This document shows positions 52,401-64,000 of a stretch of DNA of 64,000 nt, one piece after another. Source of the stretch: Macrostomum hystrix (lineage: Eukaryota > Animalia > Platyhelminthes); NCBI GenBank assembly GCA_950097015.1, contig CATNEN010000001.1, positions 13,206,001 to 13,270,000 on the forward strand, given 5' to 3'. The notes under the pieces were generated by a model, which worked only from the letters and a program-made list of their open reading frames with translations, had not been told where the DNA came from and ran no database searches. Made by a program: the position numbers and the translations under genes. The number at the start of each line of letters is the position of its first letter. The first letter of the stretch is position 1.

Positions 52401-55400
52401 TTAGCTTGTAGAATATAGAGTAGGTGGGGCAAGAAAGAATAGCGAGAGGAAAAAGTAAGTGAGAGTAGTTAATAAGGAACAGTATTAAGATGCAGTGTTT
52501 CACAACGCTTTCATCACTTCGCAAACAGCTGAGCAAGAGCCTTGTTCTGAAGCGAACCATCGACCGCATTCACCATCTGGAGCGGGAAAACGAAAGCCTG
52601 CGGCGCCAGCTGGGCAAGACTGCCGGCAGCGGAGGCGGCTTCTACATGAGGGAGCGAGGTCAGGCCCGCCAAGATTATTTCTCTCATTCTTGTCTCCCAC
52701 GCGTGTCCCACTATCCAATCTGATATCTGTGCGCGATGCCGCTGACTCAAACGCCTCTTAAACCCCCGCAGACTCGTCCGTATCCGGTGGCGGTCTGTCT
52801 CCAGGCGCATTCGAAGATGTTGTCAGCGGCAGCGGCAACGGATCTGACTCGCCAACCAGCCTGCCCAGTCCCTGCGGTGGCGGCAGCAGCGTCGGCTCCA
52901 CCCTGGTGCAGCTGCTGCAGCAGTCTGGGGTGGCTGCGCAATCGGCGCAGTTCCAACAGCAGCAACAGTTGTCAACTGCAGTTCGCTGCACAATGATGCT
53001 GACCGCATGCTGTTTCCTATTCCTACTGAACCCTCTGCAGCTGGGCGCCAACTGGCTGTCCGGAGTGTCGCCCGGCATCAGCGGCGGCATCAGTGGCGGC
53101 GGCGGTCGCTCGTTGAAAAGTGTCGATAGCGTCGTCGGCGGCATTGACGGAGCCGGCAGCAGCTGGTGGTGGCTGAGCACCCTAGCGAACTGTGCCATCC
53201 TGCTGTTCCTGGGCTGCCGGTACAGTCCACTGCCCAGCACCGTGCGCCGCTGCGAACACCCGAAGAAGCACGCTGCTCGCCTGCTGGCATTCGAACGCTG
53301 CTGCCGACTGGCCGATGACGACATCCGGGCTGGCAGCTGGGAACGGGCCTGGAGCCGACTGCGCACCTGCCTAGTGCTGCTGCATCGTCCGCTGCCTGTT
53401 AGCGCTCTGGACTGGGCTGCACAGATTGTTTGGCACCTGGCACTGGCTGCCTGTCTGCAGGTGTGCTCGCTGGTGAGTAGCCCTAATGCTATGCACTACT
53501 TACTGTGAGCAGAATGCACTATTGTGGGTAGTTTGTAATGCTGTGAGTAGTTTTATCATGCGCTGCCGTGAGTAGTATGTACTCTTTAAGTAGCATGCGC
53601 TACTGTAAGTTGTTTGTCCTACTGTGAACAGCATGCAGTACTGTGATTTGTTTATACTTTTTTAATAAATATGTACCTCTGTAGGTAGCATGTACTTCTG
53701 TAGGTAGCATGTACTTCTGTAGGTAGCATGTACTTCTGTAGGTAGCATGTACCTCTGTTGGTAGCATGTACTTCTGTAGGTAGCATGTACTTCTGTAGGT
53801 AGCATGTACTTCTGTAGGTAGCATGTACTTCTGTCGGTAACATGTACTTTTGTTTATGTAAGTATCGTGGACTTCTGCGAGTAGCATTCATTTCCTCATT
53901 GCCTCACCAGTTGCCGCTCAGCCTGCCCGTGTCTGAGCAGCAGCGCCAGCTCGCAGCTCTGGCAGCACTGACCTACAGCCGCCTGCTGCAACTCCAGCTG
54001 TCTGTTGGCGACTCCAACGCCAACTCCAACATGGACCTGTGGCACCTGCGAGCCCTGCTGCTGAACTGCTCAAATTTCCTGGGTCTCGCGGGACCCACCG
54101 CGGATGCCGCACTGCCTGTTAACGAGCGTATCCGCCTGCTGGCCACAATGGGCATCGCAGCCAGGAGGGTCGGCCTGCCATCCGTGCTGGCCGCGCGCTT
54201 CTACCGTCGGGCAGCTCGGCTAGCATCTACCTGCGGCAGCGAAGCCTGGCTGGCCACACCTCAGGGCGCTGCCTTCCTGGCTGAGTACAGGCCTGGCGGT
54301 CCGCTGCCACAGTCACATCGCACAGACGACACGGTCTATTCCACTCCGGGCTGCGCTGCCAGGCCGTTGGACAGGGCTCGCTCCGTGTTCGCCGAGAGCC
54401 TTCTGGAGGCTGCCATGGAGGATCTGGTGCTGGCAGCTCCTAGTGCAGCCAGCTGCATCGGCAAGACCACCGGACTGTGCCAGGTATGAGGCTGTGAACT
54501 GTCTGTCTACTGTCAGTAGTTTTGCAAGATAATTACACCTGCTTTTGTGTCTTAGTATTGGTTGCCCCTAAAAGGGCCGTTTTAGTGGAAAAACTCTCTT
54601 TCTTTCTTATACGCTATATTGTAGGCTGATCAGTACGCGCTTTTCTTGCAACTGATTTGCTTGGCTGCTCGTTAATAATAATTGCAGGACAGCCAATGGC
54701 ACATCAATCGGGGACACTAGACCCACAGCCTGGGTTGAGGCAATTCTGCCCATGTGTAGGGTTTTTAAGGTTTTATTAAATATAAAAATACTCATATGCG
54801 TGATCTCGCGATTATATCCAAGCAATATAACAGTTACAAAGCCGACTCAATCATCGGCACGCAGAGCCTGTTCTCAGCTATCGATCCTGCGGCCTCCTGG
54901 TGGGCCGGCTTGGCCCGCCTCGCAGCCGCCTGGCGCAGCGATGATGGCGGAGCCGCCTCCGCTGCGCCGCTGTCGCCCCTGCCCGCCGGCTTGCTCTCAG
55001 ACCGTCTAGCAGCCTCGCTGACTCTGGCTGCCAGTGCTCATCGAGCTGCCGTGGTCGGCTCACCTGCACCCGCATCTGATAGACCGGATGAGGCCGTCAT
55101 TTCGTCCACTAGTCTGGAGTCAGCTGAGACAGCTGCCAATATGGCTTCCGCTGGACTGCGGGAGCTTCTGACGGCTGACAGGCTAGGTGGCGGCGGCCAG
55201 CAGCAGCAGTTGCGCTGGATGACTCAGGTGAGTTCATGTCCCACCAGCCTACTGCCAGTAGCTTAACAGCTCATGTGAGTTCATGTCCCACCAGCCTACT
55301 GCCAGTAGCTTAACAGCTCATGTGAGTTCATGTCCCACCAGCCTACTGCCAGTAGCTTAACAGCTCATGTGAGTTCATGTCCCACCAGCCTACTGCCAGT

Positions 55401-55967
55401 AGCTTAACAGCTCGTGTGAGTTCATGTCCCACCAGCGTACTGCCAGTAGCTTAACAGCTCATGTGAGTTCATGTCCCACCAGCCTACTGCCAGTAGCTTA
55501 ACAGCTCAAGTGATTTCATGTCCCACCTTCATACTGCTAGTCGCAAATTAAAACTAGTCTAAAATCCCATTTCACCTAAAATGCCTCAATCGCAGGCCTG
55601 GTGCCTCGTCGGTCTCGACTGGCTTCTGTCGGCTCGCACTGTCATCGCCCAGCAGCAGCCGGGCATCTCCGCCGACAGTCGGCGCCACCAGCTCTCCGCC
55701 TTCCAGTCGGACTTGCGCCTGGTCCGTGAATCGGTGCAGCGCATTGGCGCCGATCCGCGCCGCTGGCTGGCGGCTCACGAAGCCGCCCTGCGCCTCCTGT
55801 GCGGCGCGAACCCGATCTCCGCCGGCTGCTGCCTGCGGCAAGCCGAAGCTGCTGGGGCCTCCAGCGACTCGGCCGCAATGCCGGCTGAACGAAAGGTGCG
55901 CCTCGTCAAGCAGCTACTGAACTGGCAGCAGCGGCTGACGATGCAGCAGGCCGGACTTGACCGCTGA
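49484..55967 (+). CDS. SREBP: Sterol regulatory element-binding protein (exons ~49484-50287, 50758-51150, 52529-52658, 52772-53473, 53911-54483, 54865-55227, 55596-55967)
   Basis: Acidic N-terminus. bHLH-Zip RKSSHTVIEKKYRQSINNKIDELRRML..|LSKSLVLKRTIDRIHHLERENESLR has the SREBP-diagnostic Tyr. TM1 ends in NPL, luminal RSLK, TM2, then regulatory-domain motifs LHRPLP, DP..SWW, FQSDL and HEAALRLLCGANP. Splice phases are consistent. The start codon and the exon 4 donor (53460 or 53473) are uncertain. Confidence 0.92.
50325..50700 (+). repeat. 21-bp intronic minisatellite (GTAGATCTAGGGAATGAC[A/G]CA)n
   Basis: Fills most of SREBP intron 1. Confidence 0.95.
51290..52435 (+). repeat. G/A-rich ~20-bp intronic minisatellite (AGTAGGTTGGGGAAGAAAG-like) plus three ~39-bp units
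   Basis: Fills SREBP intron 2, which splits the bHLH loop. Confidence 0.93.
53670..53850 (+). repeat. 19-bp intronic minisatellite (TGTAGGTAGCATGTACTTC)n
   Basis: SREBP intron 4. Confidence 0.93.
55228..55530 (+). repeat. 47-bp tandem repeat (~6.5 units) starting at the splice donor
   Basis: Unit GTGAGTTCATGTCCCACCAGCCTACTGCCAGTAGCTTAACAGCTCAT. Confidence 0.95.
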
Positions 55968-56004
55968 CGGCTGCTAACTTTACTGACTGGCTGCTAATGG
56001 TTCT

Positions 56005-58114
56005 GCTTGATGCATTGATCAGGTTGATTGACTGACTTGATGCATTGATCAGGTTGATTGACTGACTTGGTGCATTGATCAGGTTGATTGACTGACTTGA
56101 TGCATTGATCAGGTTGATTGACTGACTTGATGCATTGATCTGGTTGATTGAGTGACTTGATGCATTGATCAGGTTGATTGACTGACTTGATGCATTGATC
56201 AGGTTGATTGACTGACTTGGTGCATTGATCAGGTTGATTGACTGACTTGAAGCATTGATCAGGTTGATTGACTGACTTGGTGCATTGATCAGGTTGATTG
56301 ACCTACTTGATGCATTGATCAGGTTGATTGACTGACTTGGTGCATTGATCAGGTTGATTGACTGACTTGATGCATTGATCAGGTTGATTGACTGACTTGA
56401 TGCATTGATCTGGTTGATTGAGTGACTTGATGCATTGATCAGGTTGATTGACTGACTTGGTGCATTGATCAGGTTGATTGACTGACTTGATGCATTGATC
56501 AGGTTGATTGACTGACTTGATGCATTGATCTGGTTGATTGAGTGACTTGATGCATTGATCAGGTTGATTGACTGACTTGATGCATTGATCAGGTTGATTG
56601 ACTGACTTGGTGCATTGATCAGGTTGATTGACTGACTTGAAGCATTGATCAGGTTGATTGACTGACTTGGTGCATTGATCAGGTTGATTGACCTACTTGA
56701 TGCATTGATCAGGTTGATTGACTGACTTGATGCATTGATCAGGTTGATTGACTGACTTGATGCATTGATCAGGTTGATTGACTGACTTGATGCATTGATC
56801 AGGTTGATTGACTGACTTGGTGCATTGATCAGGTTGCTTGACTGACTTGATGCATTGATCAGGTTGATTGACTGACTTGATGCATTGATCAGGTTGATTG
56901 ACCTACTTCATGCATTGATCAGGTTGATTGACTGACTTGATGCATTGATCTGGTTGATTGAGTGACTTGATGCATTGATCTGGTTGATTGACTGACTTGG
57001 TGCATTGATCTGGTTGATTGACTGACTTGATGCATTGATCAGGTTGATTGACTGACTTGATGCATTGATCTGGTTGATTGACTGACTTGATGCATTGATC
57101 TGGTTGATTGACTGACTTGGTGCATTGATCTGGTTGATTGACTGACTTGATGCATTGATCTGGTTGATTGACTGACTTGGTGCATTGATCTGGTTGATTG
57201 ACTGACTTGATGCATTGATCTGGTTGATTGACTGACTTGATGCATTGATCTGGTTGATTGACTGACTTGATGCATTGATCAGGTTGATTGACTGACTTGA
57301 TGCATTGATCTGGTTGATTGACTGACTTGATGCATTGATCTGGTTGATTGACCTACTTCATGCATTGATCAGGTTGATTGACTGACTTGGTGCATTGATC
57401 TGGTTGATTGACTGACTTGATGCATTGATCTGGTTGATTGACTGACTTGGTGCATTGATCTGGTTGATTGACTGACTTGATGCATTGATCTGGTTGATTG
57501 ACTGACTTGATGCATTGATCAGGTTGATTGACTGACTTGATGCATTGATCTGGTTGATTGACTGACTTGATGCATTGATCAGGTTGATTGACTGACTTGA
57601 TGCATTGATCTGGTTGATTGACTGACTTGGTGCATTGATCAGGTTGATTGACCTACTTCATGCATTGATCAGGTTGATTGACTGACTTGGTGCATTGATC
57701 TGGTTGATTGACTGACTTGATGCATTGATCAGGTTGATTGAGTGACTTGATGCATTGATCAGGTTGATTGACTGACTTGATGCATTGATCAGGTTGATTG
57801 AGTGACTTGATGCATTGATCTGGTTGATTGACTGACTTGATGCATTGATCTGGTTGATTGACTGACTTGATGCATCGATCTGGTTGATTGAGTGACTTGA
57901 TGCATTGATCTGGTTGATTGAGTGACTTGATGCATTGATCTGGTTGATTGAGTGACTTGATGCATTGATCAGGTTGATTGACTGACTTGATGCATTGATC
58001 TGGTTGATTGACTGACTTGATGCATTGATCTGGTTGATTGACTGACTTGATGCATTGATCAGGTTGATTGACTGACTTGATGCATTGATCTGGTTGATTG
58101 AGTGACTTGATGCA
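56005..58114 (+). repeat. 30-bp minisatellite (TGCATTGATC[A/T]GGTTGATTGACTGACTTG[A/G])n, ~70 units, just after the SREBP stop
   Basis: Directly visible. Confidence 0.97.
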
Positions 58115-58591
58115 GAGTACTCTGCCAGTCGCTTTGTTTTTTACGCTAATCTATTGAGTTTGAGCACACTGACAGTTAATTGAGTCCATCACGTGACCTC
58201 ATGTTTTGAGTTGTTTATTTTGACTAATTCTCCCTCACTCACTTAGCTCGTGATTGCGTATCTTTTGTTTGTGGCTAACTCGACTCAAACTATTCTTGCA
58301 GTGGCTCACAAACGCTGGTAGTCTAGCCCTCTTTTAGCTAGATAATGTGAGTAGATTTCACTTGCTTGTTTTTGTGTTTTGTTATGGGCAGCTGCAACTT
58401 CCCATTTCTGAAACTGCTGATGCAGAATTATCCCAAACCATTAATTATCCCTGATTCGCAAAAGTTCTTACTGTTAATTTGTTATTATTTAGGTTTTTTC
58501 AGTTAAAATGTTTTAACTGTTTTAAAATGTTTTTTGTGTTGTTGCTTCTCTGCCGCCCCGTATTTAGCCTGCGACTCCAAAATCAGCACTC

Positions 58592-58597
58592 AATAAA
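58592..58597 (+). promoter_or_regulatory. Candidate SREBP polyadenylation signal AATAAA
   Basis: First AATAAA I can see downstream of the stop; follows U-rich UTR-like sequence. Confidence 0.4.
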
Positions 58598-58727
58598 TTA
58601 TTCAGGACTGACAGGATTGGCAAACTAGTATGATTATATGAGGTGGTTGCCACCGCCACCTCTGAGACTAATGTACACTCACTAGTGGTGACCTTGAGCC
58701 AGCTGTGCCAAAGAGTGCTCTTTATTT

Positions 58728-59975
58728 ATCCCGATCCTCAGGGAGCCTTCAGGATCCCGATCCTCAGGGTGCCTTCAGGATCCCGATCCTCAGGGAGCCT
58801 TCAGGATCCCGATCCTCAGGGAGCCTTCAGGATCCCGATCCTCAGGGAGCCTTCAGGATCCCGATCCTCAGGGAGCCTTCAAGATCCCAATCCTCAGGGT
58901 GCCTTCAGGATCCCGATCCTCAGGGTGCCTTCAAGATCCCGATCCTCAGGGTGCCTTCAGGATCCCAATCCTGAGGGAGCCTTCAGGATCCCGATCCTCA
59001 GGGTGCCTTCAGGATCAAAATCCTCAGAGTGCCTTCAGGATCCCAATCCTCAGGGAGCCTTCAGGATCCCGATCCTCAGGGTGCCTTCAAGATCCCGATC
59101 CTCAGGGTGCCTTCAAGATCCCGATCCTCAGTGAGCCTTCAGGATCCCGATCCTCAGGGAGCCTTCAAGATCCCGATCCTCAGGGTGCCTTCAGGATCAA
59201 AATCCTCAGGGTGCCTTCAGGATCCCAATCCTCAGTCTGCCTTCAAGATCCCGATCCTCAGGGTGCCTTCAGGATCAAAATCCTCAGGGTGCCTTCAGGA
59301 TCCCAATCCTCAGGCTGCCTTCAAGATCCCGATCCTCAGGGTGCCTTCAGGATCCCAATCCTCAGGGAGCCTTCAGGATCCCGATCCTCGGGGAGCCTTC
59401 AAGATCCCGATCCTCAGGGTGCCTTCAAGATCCCAATCCTCAGGGTGCCTTCAGGATCCCGATCCTCAGGGTGCCTTCAAGATCCCGATCCTCAGGGTGC
59501 CTTCAGGATCCCAATCCTGAGGGAGCCTTCAGGATCCCGATCCTCAGGGTGCCTTCAGGATCAAAATCCTCAGGGTGCCTTCAGGATCCCAATCCTCAGG
59601 GAGCCTTCAGGATCCCGATCCTCAGGGTGCCTTCAGGATCAAAATCCTCAGGGTGCCTTCAGGATCCCAATCCTCAGGGAGCCTTCAGGATCCCGATCCT
59701 CAGGGTGCCTTCAGGATCAAAATCCTCAGGGTGCCTTCAGGATCCCAATCCTCAGGGAGCCTTCAGGATCCCGATCCTCAGGGTGCCTTCAGGATCAAAA
59801 TCCTCAGGGTGCCTTCAGGATCAAAATCCTCAGGGTGCCTTCAGGATCCCAATCCTCAGGGAGCCTTCAGGATCCCGATCCTCAGGGTGCCTTCAGGATC
59901 CCAATACTCAGGGTGCCTTCAGGATCCCCATCCTCAGGGAGTTCTTAGGATCCCAATCCTCAGGTTGTCTTCAGA
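58728..59975 (+). repeat. 26-bp minisatellite (GATCCTCAGGG[A/T]GCCTTCAGGATCCC)n
   Basis: Directly visible. Confidence 0.97.
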
Positions 59976-60500
59976 CTCAAACTGCTGTTAAACAGGAAAA
60001 TGATTTATAAAATGCAGGTCATATAGGAGCATAAACCGAGCAGATATTTGTGTGCTCATCTTAGAACAAGACGCAAAGACTCATTTTAAACATGCATGAA
60101 TAAATAGGCTTTATTACTATGTGCTCAAAAAGTTGATCTCAGCTGCAAGGCTTTCAGATGGCGCACTTGGAAAACTGATTGAAAACAAGAAGCTGCGAAA
60201 ATGTCAACTCAATTAGCTACTCAAAGCTGCAAATCATCGTGCAGTCCAACCACTCAAATTTCAGGAGATGCTCGAGCAGCGCTTACTGCTCTACTCATAG
60301 TAGACTCAAAGCGCATGCCGGCTAAAAAGCATAGACAGAGAACAGATTCGATTGGCAGCAATTATCTGGGGAATTTGGGGATCGAAATCAAAATGGAAGA
60401 TGACTGATCAGCCAGGTGACAAAACCCTCCGCTGATCAAGGTGGAAGTTGGATAAAAATTCCTCTACACAACACTGCTCATTGTGCGAAATCAAAGGTAT

Positions 60501-61215
60501 ACCCTGTCAAATTGAGGATCACACAGAATCTCACCCTGTCAAATTGAGGATCACACAGAATCTCACCCTGTCAAATTGAGGATCACACAGAATCTCAACC
60601 TGTCAAACTGAGGATCACACAGAATCTCACCCTGTCAAATTGAGGATCACACAGAATCTCATCCTGTCAAATTGAGGATCACACAGAATCTCACCCTGTC
60701 AAATTGAGGATCACACAGAATCTCACCCTGTCAAATTGAGGATCACACAGAATCTCAGCCTGTCAAACTGATGATCACACAGAATCTCAGCCTGTCAAAT
60801 TGAGGATCACAGAATCTCACCCTGTCAAATTGAGGATCACACAGAATCTCACCCTGTCAAATTGAGGATCACAGAGTCTCACCCTGTCAAATTGAGGATC
60901 ACACAGAATCTCACCCTGTCAAATTGAGGATCACACATAGTCTCATCCTGTAAAATTGAGGATCACACATAGTCTCATCCTGTAAAATTGAGGATCACAC
61001 AGAATCTCATCCTGTCAAATTGAGGATCACACAGAATCTCACCCTGTCAAATTGAGGATCACACAGAATCTCACCCTGTCAAATTGAGGATCACACAGAA
61101 TCTCAGCCTGTCAAACTGATGATCACACAGAATCTCAGCCTGTCAAATTGAGGATCACACAGAATCTCACCCTGTCAAATTGAGGATCACACAGGATATC
61201 ACCCTGTCAAATTTG
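60501..61215 (+). repeat. 32-bp minisatellite (ACCCTGTCAAATTGAGGATCACACAGAATCTC)n
   Basis: Directly visible. Confidence 0.97.
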
Positions 61216-61621
61216 GGATTACACAAAACATAATCTCGTTGATTATGAACAATACAAATGAAATTTTCGCGTTTAAGAGTACACATAAAATTCCAGGTAA
61301 CAATAAAATTTCTGCCCTAGCTATTCACGCTGTAGAAATATTTTTTTAGACTTTTTCTCTGATGGAGAAAATTCAAGTCAAATAGTTGAGAGTTGCACGT
61401 TGATAAAACAACAAATCGATTTTGCTTTCATGACTCTAAAAGTGATGTCATGTTGGTCATATTTAACAGCTGTCGGCGATAATAACAAAATATGAAATAA
61501 TTAGATTATTGGATTAAAAATGATGAAAAAAGTAGCACAAGAGGTTCGTGCATAAAAATGAGAAACTTAGCAATGTTGCATTGCTGGCATTGGCTAGCTA
61601 TGTGGTCCAGTTGAAGTACTA

Positions 61622-63610
61622 TCTGGATTCTGATCTAGAAATCCCAGGATCTTTGATCTAAAAATCCCTGAATCTTTGATCTAGAAATCCCTGGATCTTT
61701 GATCAAGAAGTCCCTGGATCTTTGATCTAAAAATCCCTGAATCTTTGATCTAGAAATCCCTGGATCTTTGATCAAGAAGTCCCTGGATATCTTATCTAGA
61801 AATCCCTGGATCTTTAATCTAGAAATCCCTGGATCTTTGATCTATAAATCACTGGATCTTTGATCTAGAAATCCCAGGATCTTTGATCTAGAAATCCCTG
61901 GATCATTGATCAAGAAGTCCCAGGATATCTTATCTAGAAATCCCTGGATCTTTAATCTAGAAATCCCTGGATCTTTGATCTAGAAATCACTGGATCTTTG
62001 ATCTAGAAATCCATGGATCTTTAATCTAGAAATCCCTGGATCTTTGATCTAGAAATCACTGGATCTTTAATCTAGAAATCCCTGGATCTTTGATCTATAA
62101 ATCACTGGATCTTTGATCTAGAAATCCCTGGATCATTGATCAAGAAGTCCCAGGATATCTTATCTAGAAATCCCTGGATCTTTAATCTAGAAATCCCTGG
62201 ATCTTTGATCTAGAAATCACTGGATCTTTGATCTAGAAATCCATGGATCTTTAATCTAGAAATCCCTGGATCTTTGATCTAGAAATCACTGGATCTTTAA
62301 TCTAGAAATCCCAGGATCTTTGATCTATAAATCACTGGATCTTTAATCTAGAAATCCCAGGATCTTTGATCTAGAAATCCCTGGATCATTGATCAAGAAG
62401 TCCCAGGATATCTTATCTAGAAATCCCTGGATCTTTAATCTAGAAATCCCTGGATCTTTGATCTAGAAATCACTGGATCTTTGATCTAGAAATCCATGGA
62501 TCTTTAATCTAGAAATCCCTGGATCTTTGATCTAGAAATCACTGGATCTTTAATCTAGAAATCCCTGGATCTTTGATCTATAAATCACTGGATCTTTGAT
62601 CTAGAAATCCCTGGATCATTGATCAAGAAGTCCCAGGATATCTTATCTAGAAATCCCTGGATCTTTAATCTAGAAATCCCTGGATCTTTGATCTAGAAAT
62701 CACTGGATCTTTGATCTAGAAATCCATGGATCTTTAATCTAGAAATCCCTGGATCTTTGATCTAGAAATCACTGGATCTTTAATCTAGAAATCCCAGGAT
62801 CTTTGATCTATAAATCACTGGATCTTTAATCTAGAAATCCCAGGATCTTTGATCTAGAAATCCCTGGATCATTGATCAAGAAGTCCCAGGATATCTTATC
62901 TAGAAATCCCTGGATCTTTGATCTAGAAATCCATGGATCTTTAATCTAGAAATCACTGGATCTTTGATCTAGAAATCACTGGATCTTTAATCTAGAAATC
63001 CCAGGATCTTTGATCTAGAAATCACTGGATCTTTGATCTAGAAATCCCTGGATCATTGATCTAGAAATCACTGGATCTTTGATCTAGAAATCCCTGGATC
63101 ATTGATCAAGAAGTCCCAGGATATCTTATATAGAAATCCCTGGATCTTTAATCTAGAAATCCCAGGATCTTTGATCTAGAAATCACTGGATCTTTGATCT
63201 AGAAATCCCTGGATCATTGATCAAGAAGTCCCTGGATATCTTATCTAGAAATCCCTGGATCTTTGATCTAGAAATCCCTGGATCTTTGATCAAGAAGTCC
63301 CTGGATATCTTATCTAGAAATCCCTGGATCTTTGATCAAGAAGTCCCTGGATATCTTATCTAGAAATCCTTGGATCTTTGATCAAGAAGTCCCTGGATAT
63401 CTTATCTAGAAATCCTTGGATCTTTGATCAAGAAGTCCCTGGATATCTTATCTAGAAATCCCTGGATCTTTGATCAAGAAGTCCCTGGATATCTTATCTA
63501 GAAATCCCTGGATCTTTGATCAAGAAGTCCCTGGATCTTTGATCAAGAAGTCCCTGGATATCTTATCTAGAAATCCTTGGATCTTTGATCTAGAAATCCA
63601 TTGATCTTGT
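61622..63610 (+). repeat. 23-bp minisatellite (GATCTAGAAATCCCTGGATCTTT)n with 10-11-mer higher-order periodicity
   Basis: The variant CAGGATATCTT recurs at 61921, 62151, 62404 and 62634 (spacings 230, 253, 230). Confidence 0.95.
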
Positions 63611-63814
63611 AATAAAATTCGTGGATTTTTATCTGAAACTGTTGATTAAGAAATCCCTGACAACTTTTTATAGAATAGTACAAGTACTACAAGTTAGTAT
63701 AGCCTTGTATTGCAAAGCTCGCATAATTTTTACAAAGCTCCTCACGAGCTAGCCTTATAAAGTCAAGTCTGTAAACCAGGTAAGCGAGCCTCAAAGAACA
63801 GAACTGTCCAATTT

Positions 63815-64000
63815 TCAAGCGCTGCCTCCGGTGCCAGTGAGGTCAAGCGCGGGTCCCAGATGATGTTGCTGCAGATACTGGTGCTTCTGTCCGTTGTTAT
63901 TGCTATTATTTATTAGGCTGCTGCAACTGCCGCTCATTGGGCCGGGACCCAGGTGAGCCGCCTGCATTGACAGGCAGTGCAGCAGGTGTTGATGCTGCTG
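63815..64000 (-). CDS. Possible 3' end of a Gln/His/Asn-rich protein entering from the right edge
   Basis: Open frame from the edge: QQHQHLLHCLSMQAAHLGPGPMSGSCSSLINNSNNNGQKHQYLQQHHLGPALDLTGTGGSA*; GC-rich relative to the flank. Confidence 0.45.
   Translation of the reverse strand, partial: QQHQHLLHCLSMQAAHLGPGPMSGSCSSLINNSNNNGQKHQYLQQHHLGPALDLTGTGGSA

Noticed and set aside
58643-60010. QDPDPQGAFRIPILR ORFs
   Set aside because: 26-bp minisatellite open in all three frames.

Overview
Eukaryotic (metazoan) genomic DNA, rich in introns and minisatellites. The Gln/Ala/Gly-rich codon style and satellite-filled introns suggest a free-living flatworm such as Macrostomum; this is an inference only. 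(1) 1-32.5 kb is a tandemly duplicated ~12 kb unit carrying three copies of a 4-exon gene for a secreted protein, plus truncated pseudocopies. The protein has a signal peptide, a PAN/apple-like domain and an ALK/LTK-type glycine-rich domain. The Gly scaffold and much intron sequence are nearly identical between copies, while about seven short loops between Gly runs are hypervariable and distributed in a mosaic. This is the best candidate here for an undescribed diversifying recognition system. (2) 32.9-40.1 kb (-) is a 3-exon, ~2035 aa, probably GPI-anchored surface protein gene with a 5.8 kb exon and a GC-AG intron. Collapsed relics of it sit in each upstream unit. (3) 49.5-56 kb (+) is a 7-exon SREBP orthologue with minisatellites in four introns and the 3' UTR. 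Mobile DNA includes tRNA-derived CORE-like SINEs (one head amplified into a 30 x 60 bp array), a DD34D mariner fragment and older relics, a 5'-truncated LINE, two solo LTRs, a gypsy-like integrase relic and a hammerhead-ribozyme motif. Most long ORFs in the supplied track are translated tandem repeats.
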